A DNA stretch of 54,715 nt, the filler included, from Asterionella formosa (Eukaryota): the NCBI GenBank assembly GCA_002256025.1. It is 5 parts of 5 records of this genome, joined end to end, with 100 filler letters (N's around TTAATTAATTAA, not from the genome) between each part and the next. Parts side by side here need not be neighbours in the genome. Positions count along the whole stretch, not along the records: positions 21,941 to 32,800 come from NKIB01009083.1; positions 32,901 to 43,758 come from NKIB01009094.1; 3 more parts are not named here. One strand, 5' to 3'. Position numbers and translations under genes: made by a program. The notes under the pieces were generated by a model. That model was not told the DNA's origin. It saw only the letters and a program-made list of their open reading frames with translations, and did not search any database. Each line of letters starts with the position of its first letter. The first letter of the stretch is position 1. Shown here piece after piece: positions 25,531 through 39,197 of this stretch.

Positions 25531-26894
25531 TAGTAAGCAAATATAAAACACCTGTTGACACAATCACGATAATACCATATGCGGCCGGACACAGAGAAAC
25601 TATTTACCATATAATATTCTTCTATTGTGTGCTCTATGAATTTATTTGATAACCTGTTGGATATACTGCTGGTAGCAGTTAAATCCATAGGCTCAAGTTC
25701 CACCAGCACATACCTACATACATATTGGTCACATGTATCTCCACCATACTGCGTCTGTTAACGATATAATGACTCCACCAGAGGTACGTTGTCATAATTC
25801 TCTGCTACTACCCTTCATTCAAGCTGTTAACCAAGGTATGTGTGCCACAAGATTACCCAAGGTTGTTGTGGAATCAATCATAAAATTTGAGCAAATATGA
25901 AGAATTTTCACATCAATTCATATGATCGATTACTGCTGTGGTGCAATGATCTCCCCTTTCTGCTAGTCATGGTACATATCTCCCCTATCTGTGATCCTCT
26001 GAGCATCTGCATAGGCTAGATCCACCATTGCAGGATATATTCCCCCCCCCCCGCCCCCATTTGAGGAATCGGAAAGCCAGGGGTCGGCGATGCTTGAGAG
26101 ATGGGAAGAAGACATGGTGGGGTAGCAATCAAGGAAGGTGGGTGGGAGATGTGGAGGCTGGCCATTGAAAGAAGGGGATGCATCTATGAGACAGGAAGCA
26201 AAAAGATGGAAAGGATGGTAATGCCAGGTGTGGGAGGAGAGAACAATGCATGCCCCTTGTTAGACTCTTATGGGCATAATGAGTGCTCCTAGTTAAACTC
26301 TTATGGGCGTGAGTGTCTGTTTAAAACCAATCAAGTAAGGTGTGTGTAAGGGGGCCAGAATAAGTCAGAACCTCTGCTCGGAAAGTTGTGGGGAGTTCAG
26401 TTGCAGGTCGATTCACACTAGGATCGATTGCAGGGGACAGTCCAAAAGGCGTTCAACGGCCAAGAGCAACTGTATGCAAGCAAAAAACATTCAACGGTCA
26501 ACTTTACTTGTGTGGCGTCCAACGGCCAACGATTTGTTCTGTCAACAGGCGCCAGTATAGGGGGCAAGCCCTTCACAGGGGTATGATGTTCCAAGGAGCG
26601 GGGGTACACAAGAGTGGTAAGGTCTGATAAACTAGTAAGCAAATATAAAACACCTGTTGACACAATCATGACAATACCATATGCCACCAGACACAGAGAA
26701 ACTATTTACCATATAATATTCTACTATTGTGTGCTCTATGAATTTATTTCTTACCCTGTTGGATATACTGCTGGTAGCAGTTAAATCCATAGGCTCAAGT
26801 TCCACCAGCACATACCTACATACATATTGGTCACATGTATCTCCACCATACTGCGTCTGTTAACGATAGAATGACTCCACCAGAGGTACGTTGT
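25531..26894. repeat. ~262-bp direct repeats (25531-25792, 26633-26894) around an 840-bp spacer
   Basis: Near-identical copies from TAGTAAGCAAATATAAAACACC to CCAGAGGTACGTTGT. Confidence 0.9.
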
Positions 26895-28205
26895 AATAAG
26901 AATCCTCTGCTAAAAATTACTTCCGATATAGTAATCCAAGCAAATTTAGGTTAATCAATTGTGTTTTGAAGATACGCTGAGTAAAATGTTAGATCTAACT
27001 GAAATTTTGTTCACAGACATTATGAAACTGTTTGAGCTCATTTCAAGCTGCCCGTGTGCCTGCTGTTGGCTCTTGGCAAGAGCATTCACGTGAAGGCAAC
27101 CATGGCCGCGTTGCCGTACCTTCTTCCTGTGGGGGCGAGAAATTAATTATTCCATCGCTGCTTGGACAAGCTATAAGTATACATAAATATAGGCAGTTTG
27201 TATATATACACACATGGGAACACACAATTATTTGGGCCTATCGACATTTTTCTGGACCATACCAGCACTGTGTAGAGTCTACGAAATACCAGTCTGCCGT
27301 GATTCTGGGACATATAGTATCAGTACTGTACATACTCCTAACTTGTAGACTCCCCCCCTTCCGGTAGACTATACTGATACATATATACCGGTATTCTGTT
27401 AACAACCCTTGGCTGCCATGAAGTAGTCAACACAAGGTCTATTGTCGTACGGATGTAATTACAGTAAGTATATAAGACTATTTGACTTCCTCATGTATGG
27501 ATCATATATAAAGGAAAGAATTTCGATCAAAATATCGCTGATATTGAATTATTTACTTAGTCGTTGCGAAACACATGTTGTAACACGCGACTAAATAATT
27601 CGCATTGGCGAATTTGAGCGACGACACCATGAATTGCTCACATTTTTTGTGTGAGAAACGGAGTGATGTTTTGGCCTCACAAGTGAAACTCGATGCTTCT
27701 ACAGCTGTTGAGTTGGAAGCAAGGAGATCACACAATTGCATCCAGGATTACTTATTTCGCTTTGCCATCAGTTCATAGCCTCCGTTGGACTCCGTTGGAG
27801 ATTCAATAAGGTTGCTCTGCACCATTCTCAATTATAATTTGCAAATAATCAACAGCGTCCAGGAAAAATCAGCGAGTGCGGCTTTCAGATTGCTGCGGTC
27901 CAGGTGCACGATCAGCTCATATTACAAGATCGCTTCATCTCTAGCAACGAATACATAGGTCGACCAAAAATTTAAGCTGGTGCACGATATCTCCACTTAC
28001 ACGATCTCACCAGGCAGTGTGGTCAAGCGAAATTGATTTCTTCGGTGGCGATTTCACTTGTCAGGAGATACCATTTCTAGAACCCCCCCCCCCTAGGAAT
28101 CAGCTTTAATTTTTTGTCCTTTCTTTCTCTGTCAAACGAGAAAGAATCGGACTACTACAAAACGGCAACACGGCTTCCCCACTCACTTACATCATTCAGG
28201 CGGCA

Positions 28206-29591
28206 ATGGGGCAGTGTTCGGCGCTGCCCAATGAGGCCCGCAATGAAAATACGAACTCTCATCATAATACGTTCTCCAAACCAAATGAACGTGATCCGCC
28301 CCCAACGTCAACAAACGCGTACAACGTTACGCATCAGTTGTCGGAGAACGCTAATACACCATTGAATCGTCGACACGGGTATCATGATGTTCAGACCATC
28401 AACCAGCATTTTCCAGCGCCCATTGCTCAATTCTCTCATATGGCAGTCCATCAAGAACAACATCCTGCCTCTCCTCAACACCGCCAACAAATGGGAACAT
28501 CGTATGCTCCCTCTGACCAAGGGCGAGATGATTGTCCTCCTCCACCTGAGACGGCCATCAGGACCCGCTGCTACAAATTGAACCTAGAATCTGATTTTGT
28601 AGGATTCACTTCTGCGTCCAGTGCGGAAGGTCATCTGTTGGGACCCTTTGATGGAAATTTGCCTCCTTTGACGTATTCAGGTTCTGATGATTCATCAACA
28701 GGACAAAATTCCACTGACGTGGCTATTCAGACTGCACAAATCTTTCGAGGAATCACTGTTGCCAAAGATGGCACAATTTTGTCACAGAACGCCAGGGCAA
28801 CAAGGTCAAATAAGGGGAAGAAAAATCAAAAAGGCGAGCAGTCCCGTCAAGCTGCCAAGATTGACCAGGCCAAGGATCTTGTCGAAGGGAGTTTGATCAC
28901 TGGAAAAGTGAGTCTCGAACTTTATGGATGTGTCGTTGTACTTTTACTATAAATCTAACTTCGTTTACTTGCTCCATGAATAATTCAGGGTCCAGGCACT
29001 GATGACACAGCACATATGGTATCTCTTGTTATTATGGGTGAATACGATGACATGAAATACTTGGTGAGAGATGGAGCCAAGAAGCTTCGTGATGCAACTG
29101 GCCTTCCTGACGGTGCGCTTTTGGCAGTCAACCGTTCACGAAGTCAGCTCTTGTTTTCACCAATGAGTCCATCCCGAAAGAGAGTCTCGCCTTATGCTCC
29201 ATCATCCCCACAATTCAACTCGCCTCCAAAGTCGCCAAAATCCCGTCACTTGCCGCAGTCGGCTCCGCCCAAGATGGAGTCAGCTCCACCCAAAATAAAT
29301 ACCAATCCTAGAGATAATCGTCCGAATTCTCGTCGCTTCTCAGAAGATAACAGAGCTGGATCTCACCGGTTCTTACCCATGGCAGATCCCTGCAATCCAA
29401 GCGGCGACTCGGATTGGACTAGCACGCTTGGTCTGAGTAAGGGCTTCAACAGCATTTGGAATTGTGGTGTCGAGGGTACGTCACCTGTTCAAATGAACAG
29501 ACAGCAACAAGCAGACTATGAGTATGCCAGGATGGTGAATGCTCGAATGGAGCCTGAGGGTAGAGAACCCGCTCATGTGGTAAGGGCATAA
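28206..29591 (+). CDS. Uncharacterised, largely disordered protein with possible N-terminal lipidation; exons 28206-28907, 28989-29591
   Basis: MGQC start; intron 28908-28988 (GTGAGT..CTAAC..CAG) joins the 248-aa and 191-aa ORFs in frame. Confidence 0.85.
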
Positions 29592-30187
29592 ATTAGCAAG
29601 TGCATTTTTTGTGAAGAATTTTAACACAGCAAGTCGAAATGTTGCCAGACACCGGTTGTTTGAGAATAGTTACCTTGTCCTCCCTAATAAACGCATGAAC
29701 GCTTCCATTTCGACTTCTGACATGTCATAGTTTGCGCTGACCGGTACGAGTACTTAGCATTTCTGAGTGAGGTTCTTGGTTTAAAAATGCCGCTACCTTG
29801 TTTTAATGTAAACTAAAACGTTGACATGAGAAAAACCCATTGCATATTTTTGTGTTTCTAAGCTTTTGGTAGCTCCATCTCGAAGGTAATTGAATGGGCT
29901 TTTGAATGACTATTCTCTGTGCTTGAATGACCAATATTCATTTTATGGCTCCACTCTCTCTGTCAGCTATCACGACATCATGTTGTTTAGTCGTTCATAA
30001 TAATTCTATTGTTTTAAAATTATGTTTAAAATCGATTGTCCTTTTCCAACGAAAGGTTGGACTTTTTGCAATCATGATATTTTGTTGCCATGTCGATCAT
30101 TAGAAATTCTGAAATAATTCTACATTATCCTTTTCTAACGAAGGGTCGTTTAGGTCCACATTGTCTCTCCTCTCCTCTCATAGTGCG

Positions 30188-31780
30188 CTATTTCTTTGGA
30201 GGGGTCTTGCGATCGTTAGCTGTCTTAACCTGTCCACCACCTTCTTCGCCACTGAACAGATCGTACATGTGCTGAATTGCCATTTCCTCCATTGCATGAC
30301 GCCCCTTGGGCATGGCGACAAAAAAAGGCGGTGTCAAGACGACAGAGTTCGAAGGATAGTACAGCGGCATACTGCCATCATCATGCAGTAGTATAGAAGG
30401 ATGTTGTAACAAGTTTTCCAAAACTTCAGGACAAAGGTTGTCGATACGAGCCAGTTGTCTCAGACCGAGCATGAATATTTTGTAATTCAGTTCGGAATAA
30501 AATGCAACCATTTCGAGAATGTTCAAATCTGGCGCATGTTCCATACCAACCACGACAATCGTTTTATCCTCAAGGAGTGATTTTGCTCTTAGGAGTAACA
30601 AGTATTGTTCTTTCCAATATCCGTCCAGATGAAAGTATGGAATAATAGTCGGTTCATCAGCGTCAGGGATGAGGAGCGTACGCAATGATGCTGGCTGCAA
30701 ATAATCAATGGCAGACGAGGGTCGTCGATTCCTGTTCCTGGTCACAACCTCACCTGCAGCATCATCGTCGTCTTTTCCAGCTTGTTCCATTATACTGACT
30801 GTGTTCAAATCCCAATCATACAAATGGATATTACCGCCTGTCGAATCACGGAATCTGTCTTCCAAGTCATTTAACACTGAATAATCATACGAGTCCCTTT
30901 CATTCTGACTTGCAATGATATGTAGTTGTGTCGCATAGTTCCCCCGTTGCGGCCAGTACAACAAAGCTTCTTGTGCCAAGTGCCCACCATCTCGAACATT
31001 CGCAAAAACAATGACTTGTTCCACCTTGATATTATGACGAAAGTTATCCGCAACACATCCAATAAGTCTAGATATGATTTCTAGTTGTCCCCTTGACCGA
31101 TATGTGGTGTCTTCCGTTTTGGCAGCAGCAGCAGCAGTGCTGGTTTTGGGAATGAGTTTCCTCTGAAAGTCTGGATTGAATTCATTGGGCTTTTTCTTGT
31201 CAATAAACATATTCATGACGCAAGTTCTTCCCTTGAGTTGACGATGCGGAAGTGGAGTCCATGAATCGTGTCGACTTGTGACAAGGATGAAACAAGCCAG
31301 GACAAGACATGGCAGTAGTAGACTCCATATGGGAAGATCAAAGATTCCCATCTTGACAAATCGCCGTCGCAGGGTGTGCATGTACTGAACCGCTGATGTC
31401 AGATATTGTTCAAGAATAAGCACTTCGTGCCATTGAGATTTTTTTGAGAACGACGAGGAAGATGTGCCACCTATTTGTTGTTGTTCGTGTGATGATCCTT
31501 TCAGTTTCGCATGCTGCGACTGAATGAATTCCGGACTCCTTGATTGTAATAAAGGATGAACATGAACAGAGGGAAAGGTAACACGCGTTCTTCTTGCAGC
31601 GGCCATTGACTTGGCGGTAGCATACGGATGTTGTAAACGAGTGACGAAAGGATTCGTCGAATCGAAGCTACACAACAATTCATGATGCTGCGCTTCACGT
31701 CGTCCTTCTCGTCGATCGCCGACCCTACTACCACCGCCATTGGCAACTTGTTGTACCCCTATCGGTATTTGATGATCCAT
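30188..31780 (-). CDS. Uncharacterised single-TM protein, 530 aa
   Basis: Long intact ORF, one hydrophobic segment (LPIWSLLLPCLVLACFILV), globular-looking C-terminal half; (TGCAC)4 just upstream. Confidence 0.8.
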   Translation of the reverse strand: MDHQIPIGVQQVANGGGSRVGDRREGRREAQHHELLCSFDSTNPFVTRLQHPYATAKSMAAARRTRVTFPSVHVHPLLQSRSPEFIQSQHAKLKGSSHEQQQIGGTSSSSFSKKSQWHEVLILEQYLTSAVQYMHTLRRRFVKMGIFDLPIWSLLLPCLVLACFILVTSRHDSWTPLPHRQLKGRTCVMNMFIDKKKPNEFNPDFQRKLIPKTSTAAAAAKTEDTTYRSRGQLEIISRLIGCVADNFRHNIKVEQVIVFANVRDGGHLAQEALLYWPQRGNYATQLHIIASQNERDSYDYSVLNDLEDRFRDSTGGNIHLYDWDLNTVSIMEQAGKDDDDAAGEVVTRNRNRRPSSAIDYLQPASLRTLLIPDADEPTIIPYFHLDGYWKEQYLLLLRAKSLLEDKTIVVVGMEHAPDLNILEMVAFYSELNYKIFMLGLRQLARIDNLCPEVLENLLQHPSILLHDDGSMPLYYPSNSVVLTPPFFVAMPKGRHAMEEMAIQHMYDLFSGEEGGGQVKTANDRKTPPKK

Positions 31781-32800
31781 AATATTTGGTTACTGCACTG
31801 CACTGCACTGCACCAGCTGTGATTGATGATTCAGTTTAGTTCAAGCAAGCAATCAGATCAGTTATCTCCATCTAGCACAGAGAACTGAATTTTTTTGCAA
31901 GAGATATCAATCGGAATGGTTTTGGTTCATTACAGGCACTTTTATCTCCGCATGCGTCGCCATGACCTTAAATTGGTAGTATAACTATGTATTCATTATA
32001 TTTTAGATTTTTGGGCCTCTCTGTCCTTGGTTGTGTCTCGAAAATGTCATGACGCATAGAAATCCACATCCCTTTCTATTTACTTGACGGTAATAAGATG
32101 TCGTTCGTGGCATTGTAGGCATTTAGCTGATACTTCACCATACACTGAAGGGATGGGTCACTCTGTTTGAGTTCTTCAGCGATAGCGCAAGGTCATTTCA
32201 TTTATCGATGTTATACAGTATTGAAGTAAAACAGATGTAGCATTGAGCTTCGTGAGTAAATCGACATATTGGAGAGACCTTTTGGCACCAGATGGATTAT
32301 TTTAATTGGCAGGCATAAAAATAAAATGACTACATTTCAACTCATAGAATGGATGCAATTTCCAGGAAAGTCCGGTGAAACACGCTTTGTATTTCAAAAT
32401 GTAAAGCTAAATATCTCAATTACCAAACCTTCCATTGCAACATGTTGTTTAATAAAGCTAACAAAATTAAGGATTTTCTTTCATTTCACAAAACTAACTG
32501 ATCATGAACCATGGATGTTGTATGTTTGATTTTTTAGCGAGTCTTATTTGAACACCATATGCTTCCACTTGATGCATGCAATCTTGAAGGAACAACTTAA
32601 AAACGAACCTACCGGTAATCTACACACCATCAATACCGGTACATGTAGGCATAGTATGCTATACTTGATGGTATAGCTGGTAGTCTAGTACCTGGTACCA
32701 TCAGCAAGTACCGTACACACCGGTAGTTACAAAAAAGCAACGAAAAAAGGGAGGAATGACTGCATGGACAATGGTTTGATTCACCTTGTGCTGGCTTGAG

Positions 32801-32900
32801 NNNNNNNNNNNNNNNNNNNNNNNNNNNNNNNNNNNNNNNNNNNNTTAATTAATTAANNNNNNNNNNNNNNNNNNNNNNNNNNNNNNNNNNNNNNNNNNNN
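32801..32900. other. Artificial contig linker
   Basis: N44-TTAATTAATTAA-N44. Confidence 0.98.
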
Positions 32901-33025
32901 ACATGAAACCGTTAAAAGTAATCTTTTTTACGTGAAGAGTGGCATTAATGCATGTGAAGTACCACATAATTAACACTCATACGTAGACGAAATTTCGAAA
33001 AGTGGCGTATTTCGCGGCTTAGATG
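32901..33025. mobile_element. Terminus of a young repeat, ending ...CGCGGCTTAGATG
   Basis: 125 bp appear identical to 43870-43994, then diverge abruptly into different flanks. Confidence 0.8.
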
Positions 33026-33400
33026 TAGTTTTAGGATTGTATGATCATAAAATTGAAAAAGGATAGTCGGAGTAGTAAACGAGCAAAAGAGCACCATATG
33101 TTCATGACTGCTGCTACTGCAGCGGGACATTAAATCATCATAGTTTCAGGATTGTGCGATCAGAAAATTGAAAAAAGATAGTCAGAGTAGTAAGCGAGCA
33201 ACAGAACACCATATGTTCATGACTGTTGCTACTGCAGCTGTACAGTAAATCATCATAGTTTCAGGATCATATGATCGTAAAATTGAAAGAGGGTAGTTGG
33301 AGAAGTAAGCGAGCAACAGAACACCATATGTTCATGACTGCTGCTACTACAGGACGGTAAATCATCATATTTTTAGGATTGTATAATCGTATATTTGAAA
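33026..33400. repeat. ~115-bp tandem repeat, about 3.3 copies
   Basis: Units start at 33026, 33141, 33256 and 33368; shared core CACCATATGTTCATGACTG. Confidence 0.9.
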
Positions 33401-33607
33401 ACAAGATATGCTATTACTCAAACTCGGTTCTGATTTTGTAGATGATAATGTAAATAGCATTGTTGATTTTATGGTATCATATCTAGACAGCGTAAAATAT
33501 TATATGTAGTGGCTGATGATTCATTTCATTGTAGCTTGCAACACCTGATTTTAAGATCATCGAACTTTAAGGAAGAGAACGACAACAGTTTTCTAGTAGT
33601 ACAAGCA

Positions 33608-35440
33608 ATGTCTTCAAAAAACCATAAAAAGGTTCATGGAAACAAGCGACATGTGGCAAATACTGCTGGTATGGAACAAAGAAGCAAGTACCAAAATGAG
33701 TTAACAAAGAAAAAGCGAATAGGCGATTATCCAAAGGAACCCAATCGGTGACAGGGAGTTAGTGGGGGTACTACCCCATCGTCGATGGGGACACCATCAG
33801 CTACACAGGATCCCCTAATTGATACTGAAAGCGATGATGACGTTTCTTTTTCAGTTGTTGATACAAGAAAAATGGCCCCTGTCGATGATACCATTATTAA
33901 CTCCCGGATGCAGATGGACGACATGGTACCAAATAATAAATGTTCTAATCGCACGGACCAACAAGTACATGAAAAACTGAGGGAAAAACATTTTGCACTT
34001 GCCAAAGGATATTATCAATTGGTCAATGAACTCACTCACTACAAAGGCCATAATTCGGTTCAAAACTCGTCCATACAAGGTTATCAAGACTCTTCAATTT
34101 CAGCAGCCTTATCAGAACGTCGTTCTCGCTTAGCTAAAATTGAACCATCAATTGTCACAAAGGTTGTGAGTTTTATTTTCAAGACCAAGAAGTTTTGCTG
34201 TGAACATGTAAGTTTGAGGTTATAGTTCGCGAATTGTAGGTACTGTAAAAAAGAATATCAATCTAATGTGCTTTTTTCTGGTCCCAAAAGAGAATCAAAC
34301 ATCCCGCCCTATCTGGTCCAAGTAGTATGAAAGGCATTTCCAATCACAAACAGGATTGGTTTGCCCAATGTTTACCTGCCTGACTCGGCTATACACAGTG
34401 AAACCGGAGTTAGGCAAAGAATTGGAGAGTGACCCAGGCAATTGAGCGTACCAACAAGGCATGTTTAGATTATATTAAATCAACATTTGGTGGCATGGGC
34501 AATAAAAAGTTGAGAGAATGTCAGAATGTATTGAATAATCAATTTAAAGGAATCTTAGGTAAGTTCTTGCAGGGCGGGAGATGCTCTGAAAGCATGATGT
34601 TTTGAGTTGGTGATTATATTCTTATCAAATATGTTTGAATTAAAAATGCTAACATAATTCATGACACACCAGCTGGTCTAACAGAATATAACTTTCAGAC
34701 TATGGATATTGATGACTTTATTAGGTGGGCGTTGACGCTTTATCGTTTTGCGCAGTCAAAGGACATTGACAGGGGAAGCCAGGCCAAGAATTCCAAGTCT
34801 GGCGTGATGTTCTTGCTCCAGTTTATTTTATAGGCAGGACAAGCCGTGGAGAACCATTTTTAACAGGAGACAAATCTGGTGTGACCAAATTTCAACTAAG
34901 TCTTCGGGCACAATGTGAATTGCAATCACGTTTTGTTGGTTCGCTGATCAATGCCAGTACAGAAGCATTTTGCTTCTTGGTGCTGAAAGGAAACTTCCGA
35001 TTGCAACAAAAATATTTGGGTTTCAATCCAGATACCCATGAAATTTCAGAGAACGAGCGATATTCGACATTCTACTGATTTTGTCGACATTGGTGGGAAA
35101 CCAGTCCACTTATCAAAAAAAGTTTGAGGGAAGAAAGTTCAGTTTCAAGTGGTCTCACTGATCAATGGACTGATGATTTACTCGGTTATTATATGGAAAT
35201 CTACACTGGAATTCACAAAAAAATCGATCTGAATATGGAAGGAATCCTAGTGGAATTGTTACTTCCACAACAAATCTCATCTACCCACACTCATACTTCT
35301 CATTTCCCAATGTAAGTGAAGAAAATATGCATCAATATGTCGAACCACTTCAACCAAATGTTCGTGAGAAGAATATTGATTACAATGAACTCATTAATCA
35401 ACGGGACATTGATGACGACGTTGATTTTGAATGGATCTAA
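33608..35440 (+). pseudogene. Decayed, probably spliced accessory ORF upstream of the Plavaka-like transposase
   Basis: ORFs 33509 and 33785 are in one frame split by a TGA at 33749; GTAAGT donor-like sites near 34208 and 34559; later segment INASTEAFCFLVLKGN; the 3' part recurs at 45231-46270. Confidence 0.5.
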
Positions 35441-35688
35441 TAAAATCCAATGCATGCTTAGTACCGTAGCTACATAATAAATATAGTTAGTGTGAGACTT
35501 CTACAATGCACAAAACATATCATAGATGTTAGGAAAACAATAAGGTATACCTCCATTTTTACTACTATGGTGGAGTGATAATTTCACGACTCTGTATTGT
35601 CCAGCACAGTATGATCGGAGTGATGCTTAATTTATTATTAATAATTCATTTTCATTCTATCCTGTTCATATCCTGACTTTGTCATCAT

Positions 35689-38600
35689 TTGAAATTCGCA
35701 ATGTCTTTGCGGACATTGCAATGGTGTTATCTGTGTAACTACAAATTTCGGAAGAACAAATCCCCATCTGAGTCTCACAATCGAAATTGTAGCAACCGTG
35801 TTTTCTATGCAAATGGTCACTGTCGACATTGCATGCAAGAACTTCGAGGTCCTGGAATACATAATGAAACTATGTATTGCGGTAGTGCATCAAATCATTC
35901 AGGGAAAGAAGTTAATGGCAGTGTAACTGCTGCAGCATTTAGGGAGAGTAGACAACAAGAAGAGATTATGTGTCCTTTCCTTGAATCAAGTGGCCACAAT
36001 CATCCATTTCATGACGACAGCGACGATTCAGTATATAACAACATTCAGTCATAACAAGACGAACAATTGAGACTAAAAAATCTCCAAGGATAGAATTCAG
36101 AGACCATGCAATATTCAGATTTCCAAGATCACATCGGCTTTCTCCCTGAAAATGCAATGGAAATTCCCCTTCCTCCTCAATTTCAACTTCCAAGTAAACA
36201 TTCCCTAAACATGCATCCAATCGAATTAGAACTCATGTTATTCCTTAACGAGAGTTACCTTCCACCAGTTTACTTTGATCATCTAATGAAATGGCTGTTC
36301 ATGGCTAAAGCAATGAAATATTTTGATGGAAGGTATCAAGCTCCATCCTACCAGACTTTGAAAAAACGCATGGATATTTCATTTCCACCAACATTAGCTG
36401 GTGGTCAACTGCTGACCAAACAAATACAGATTGATAACAATTCAATCATGATCATCCCACGCACACTCCATGATTTCGAACCAAGACAGCTCATGGCAGC
36501 ATTGCCAGTGATGGGATGGTTCACCTATTGATAAACAAATGAAACATTCCGAGCATCCGTTTTTGTTGACAATGTTAAACTTAATGTTAGAAGGAAGGAA
36601 AAAAGTTGATGGATGGCAATTGGTATCTCTTTTGCCAGACATTGAAGGGGGGGTATCTCTTTTGCCAGACATTGAAGTCAGTGATCTGGAGAAACAAATG
36701 AATAATAAGTTATCTGGTGACGACTTGTCCTTACTATATCGACTCAAATTATACCATTCTGTTACAGGATTTCTATTGTCGTTTTTCGAAGAGCGATCCA
36801 AACACTTCATACGACATTTGGGTTGATGGTCTTGGTATGACAAAAGTATATTTACAGATTGGAATGATCATTGGTGATACAGAAGAGCACAACAAAATTT
36901 GTAGTTTCAGGGGTGGTAATGGATTATATCGACGATATGTTTGTCGTGATAACCTGTTTTCAACTGAAGATGCTGATAGTCCCGATATTGGATGTGAACG
37001 TCGTAAAATGTCAGATGTTAAAAAGCTTTTAAAAAAATTTCTTGACAGAAATGCAAATCCCGATGGAAAATCACCATGTATCCCACCTGAGTATTGTGTC
37101 TCCCAATCTAATGGCAAATACGCAACAGCAAACGAGTTGTGCCGTGTTATATCGCATAATCCTATTATGACTGCACTAGTAAATCAATTTTTTGGTGGTG
37201 ACTTAGAAGGATTATTTGGTGCAACTCCATTTGAGGTTCTTCATCAATTACTACTTGGAATATTTAAGTTCTCACATTTTGGAATCATTGTACAATTATC
37301 GGACTATCCCTGAAGAATGGACATGTTTTTTTAAAGAAAGAAAATCACCAGATATTCCAGAGAACATCTCTGATCAGAAAAGTATCACTGAAACAACAGA
37401 CACTGCTTTTCTTGATCAAGAGCAACCGAAGAAACGGGCAAAAACCAAAAAGGACACGCGCACCAATTACCAAAAATATCTACACTGGCAAAATCAAGAC
37501 CCAACACTTGTACCAGCACCAGGAATGTATTTTCGAAACTATACTTCGAACAAAGTGCTTTTGGAAAGGCAAAGCGATTGTGATATTCCAAAATTGTCAT
37601 ACAGATCTGGGATGACACCTTTGTCAAAAATGTCAGGGCAAGAAATTCCCGGATTATGTCTGTCAACTATTTTTTCAATAAGTGGAATGATGGGCGGGTT
37701 CAGAGAACATGCACCTAGAAAAGGATTTCACATTGCTGTTATGGTTATGTCTATCTATCAATGACACTTTATTCATACCGCAGTATACATCAACATATTT
37801 TGATATTTTGGAGGAAAGGGTTAAGAGATTTATGTTAGTTACTAAGATTATGATTGGTCCCCAACGGGAAATGATATCTCAAATTGGCTTACAAATGGTA
37901 AAATTTCATGGAATGAAACATTGCCCTCATCTGATTAGGAAGTTCGGATCTCCTTTTAATTTCTTTGGTGGATATTTGGAGTCTTTTTTGAAAGACAAAT
38001 TGAAACGAGCGACCCAGTAAGCGTGTCAATGGACAATTACATCGATTAAAGCATGACATTTTAACAAACAAGGTCATATGAAACAAGGCAGTTTTCCTTG
38101 GCACGAAAAATTGTTTTTGCAAGTGATTCATTACATACAGAAAACAAACAAAAGAAGATGAGTAAAGTATTACATATGAATGTAACTGAGGTTATTTCAA
38201 CAGAAATTGATTTCGAAGGAATGATTCAGGATACAAGGATGTTGCCTAGTATTTCGCCTGATAATTTGGGAATATCGCCTGCTACCAAGATCCATTCACC
38301 ATCCTTTCTTGTTAAAGTTCAATTCTCTGCTTCATCATCAAATGGTCTATGGACTATAGCAGGTGTCCCTAATAAGATTGGGCATGTATCAAGGAGTAAG
38401 GATGCACCCTATTTGTGGTCTCAATTGGTTCATCCTGATTTAACAAAGGGGGCCAACTACGTGAAGAGCATTGCGAATTCAGCAATAGAAATAGCAAGAA
38501 TAAAAAGTCTTGAAGATAGGGTTGGGCCTGTTTCCATTGTAAGGATCGACTTTTATTATCATGTTAAAATTGAAAGTAACGTTCCCGGCCAAACTACTAT

Positions 38601-38877
38601 TCTCAGATGCCATCCGAAATGGAATAATGATTCAAATGCAGGAATCTCTGGTCGTGGATGGTTTGACTGTGTTGAAGTGAACTGGGAGAAGGGAGATGGA
38701 TCAAGTTTCTACACAGTTCCTGCAAAACTATTTCTTTGGGGAAATGTTATTTTCTCCAACTCAACAACCATTCTCTTAGCGTGTATTCGTTCCTTGAAAA
38801 GTTCAACTGAAATGAAAATTCATAAATATTTGTTTTTGCAAGAGGAGACACCTTATGCAATGATACAACTGAATTGA
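35689..38877 (+). pseudogene. Plavaka-like (CACTA/EnSpm-related) transposase pseudogene
   Basis: N-terminal C-x2-C..F..H-x3-C finger; WQLVSLLPD; LYHSVTGFL; IIGDTEEHNKIC; GATPFEVLHQLLLGIFK; KFHGMKH..IRKFG..N..G..ES; C-terminal RCHP.W and WFD.V.V.W. Several frameshifts and a 30-bp-period duplication at 36622-36677. Confidence 0.8.
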
Positions 38878-39197
38878 GCGTTGTTGAATTTCATAAAATA
38901 CTTTCGGCAGCATTTGTTGTTCCTGTTTTGAAACCATAAGAATCAAGGAAATCTCTGAAACCGCAAGAAGTTTTGGAACAGATACAGAAAGATAATTTTT
39001 ATGTTGCCATCCCTCCACATCATTTATGGGAATCAATCAGGTGGGACCAAAAGCTAACAAGCGAACGTTGATAAATAAACAAGGATAATATAAATAATAT
39101 TGATAATATAGTTTCACATACTAGTTAAGTTATTAGAAGGTTTTCACAAACTAAAATGTCGTGAGGAATGATGAGATTGGATGATCCCAATGGTCCA

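Noticed and set aside
30188..30700. FkbM-like methyltransferase in the 530-aa protein
   Set aside because: Only a vague resemblance; no clear SAM-binding glycine motif.
33026..33400. CRISPR array
   Set aside because: Whole ~115-bp units repeat with no unique spacers; no cas genes; eukaryotic context.
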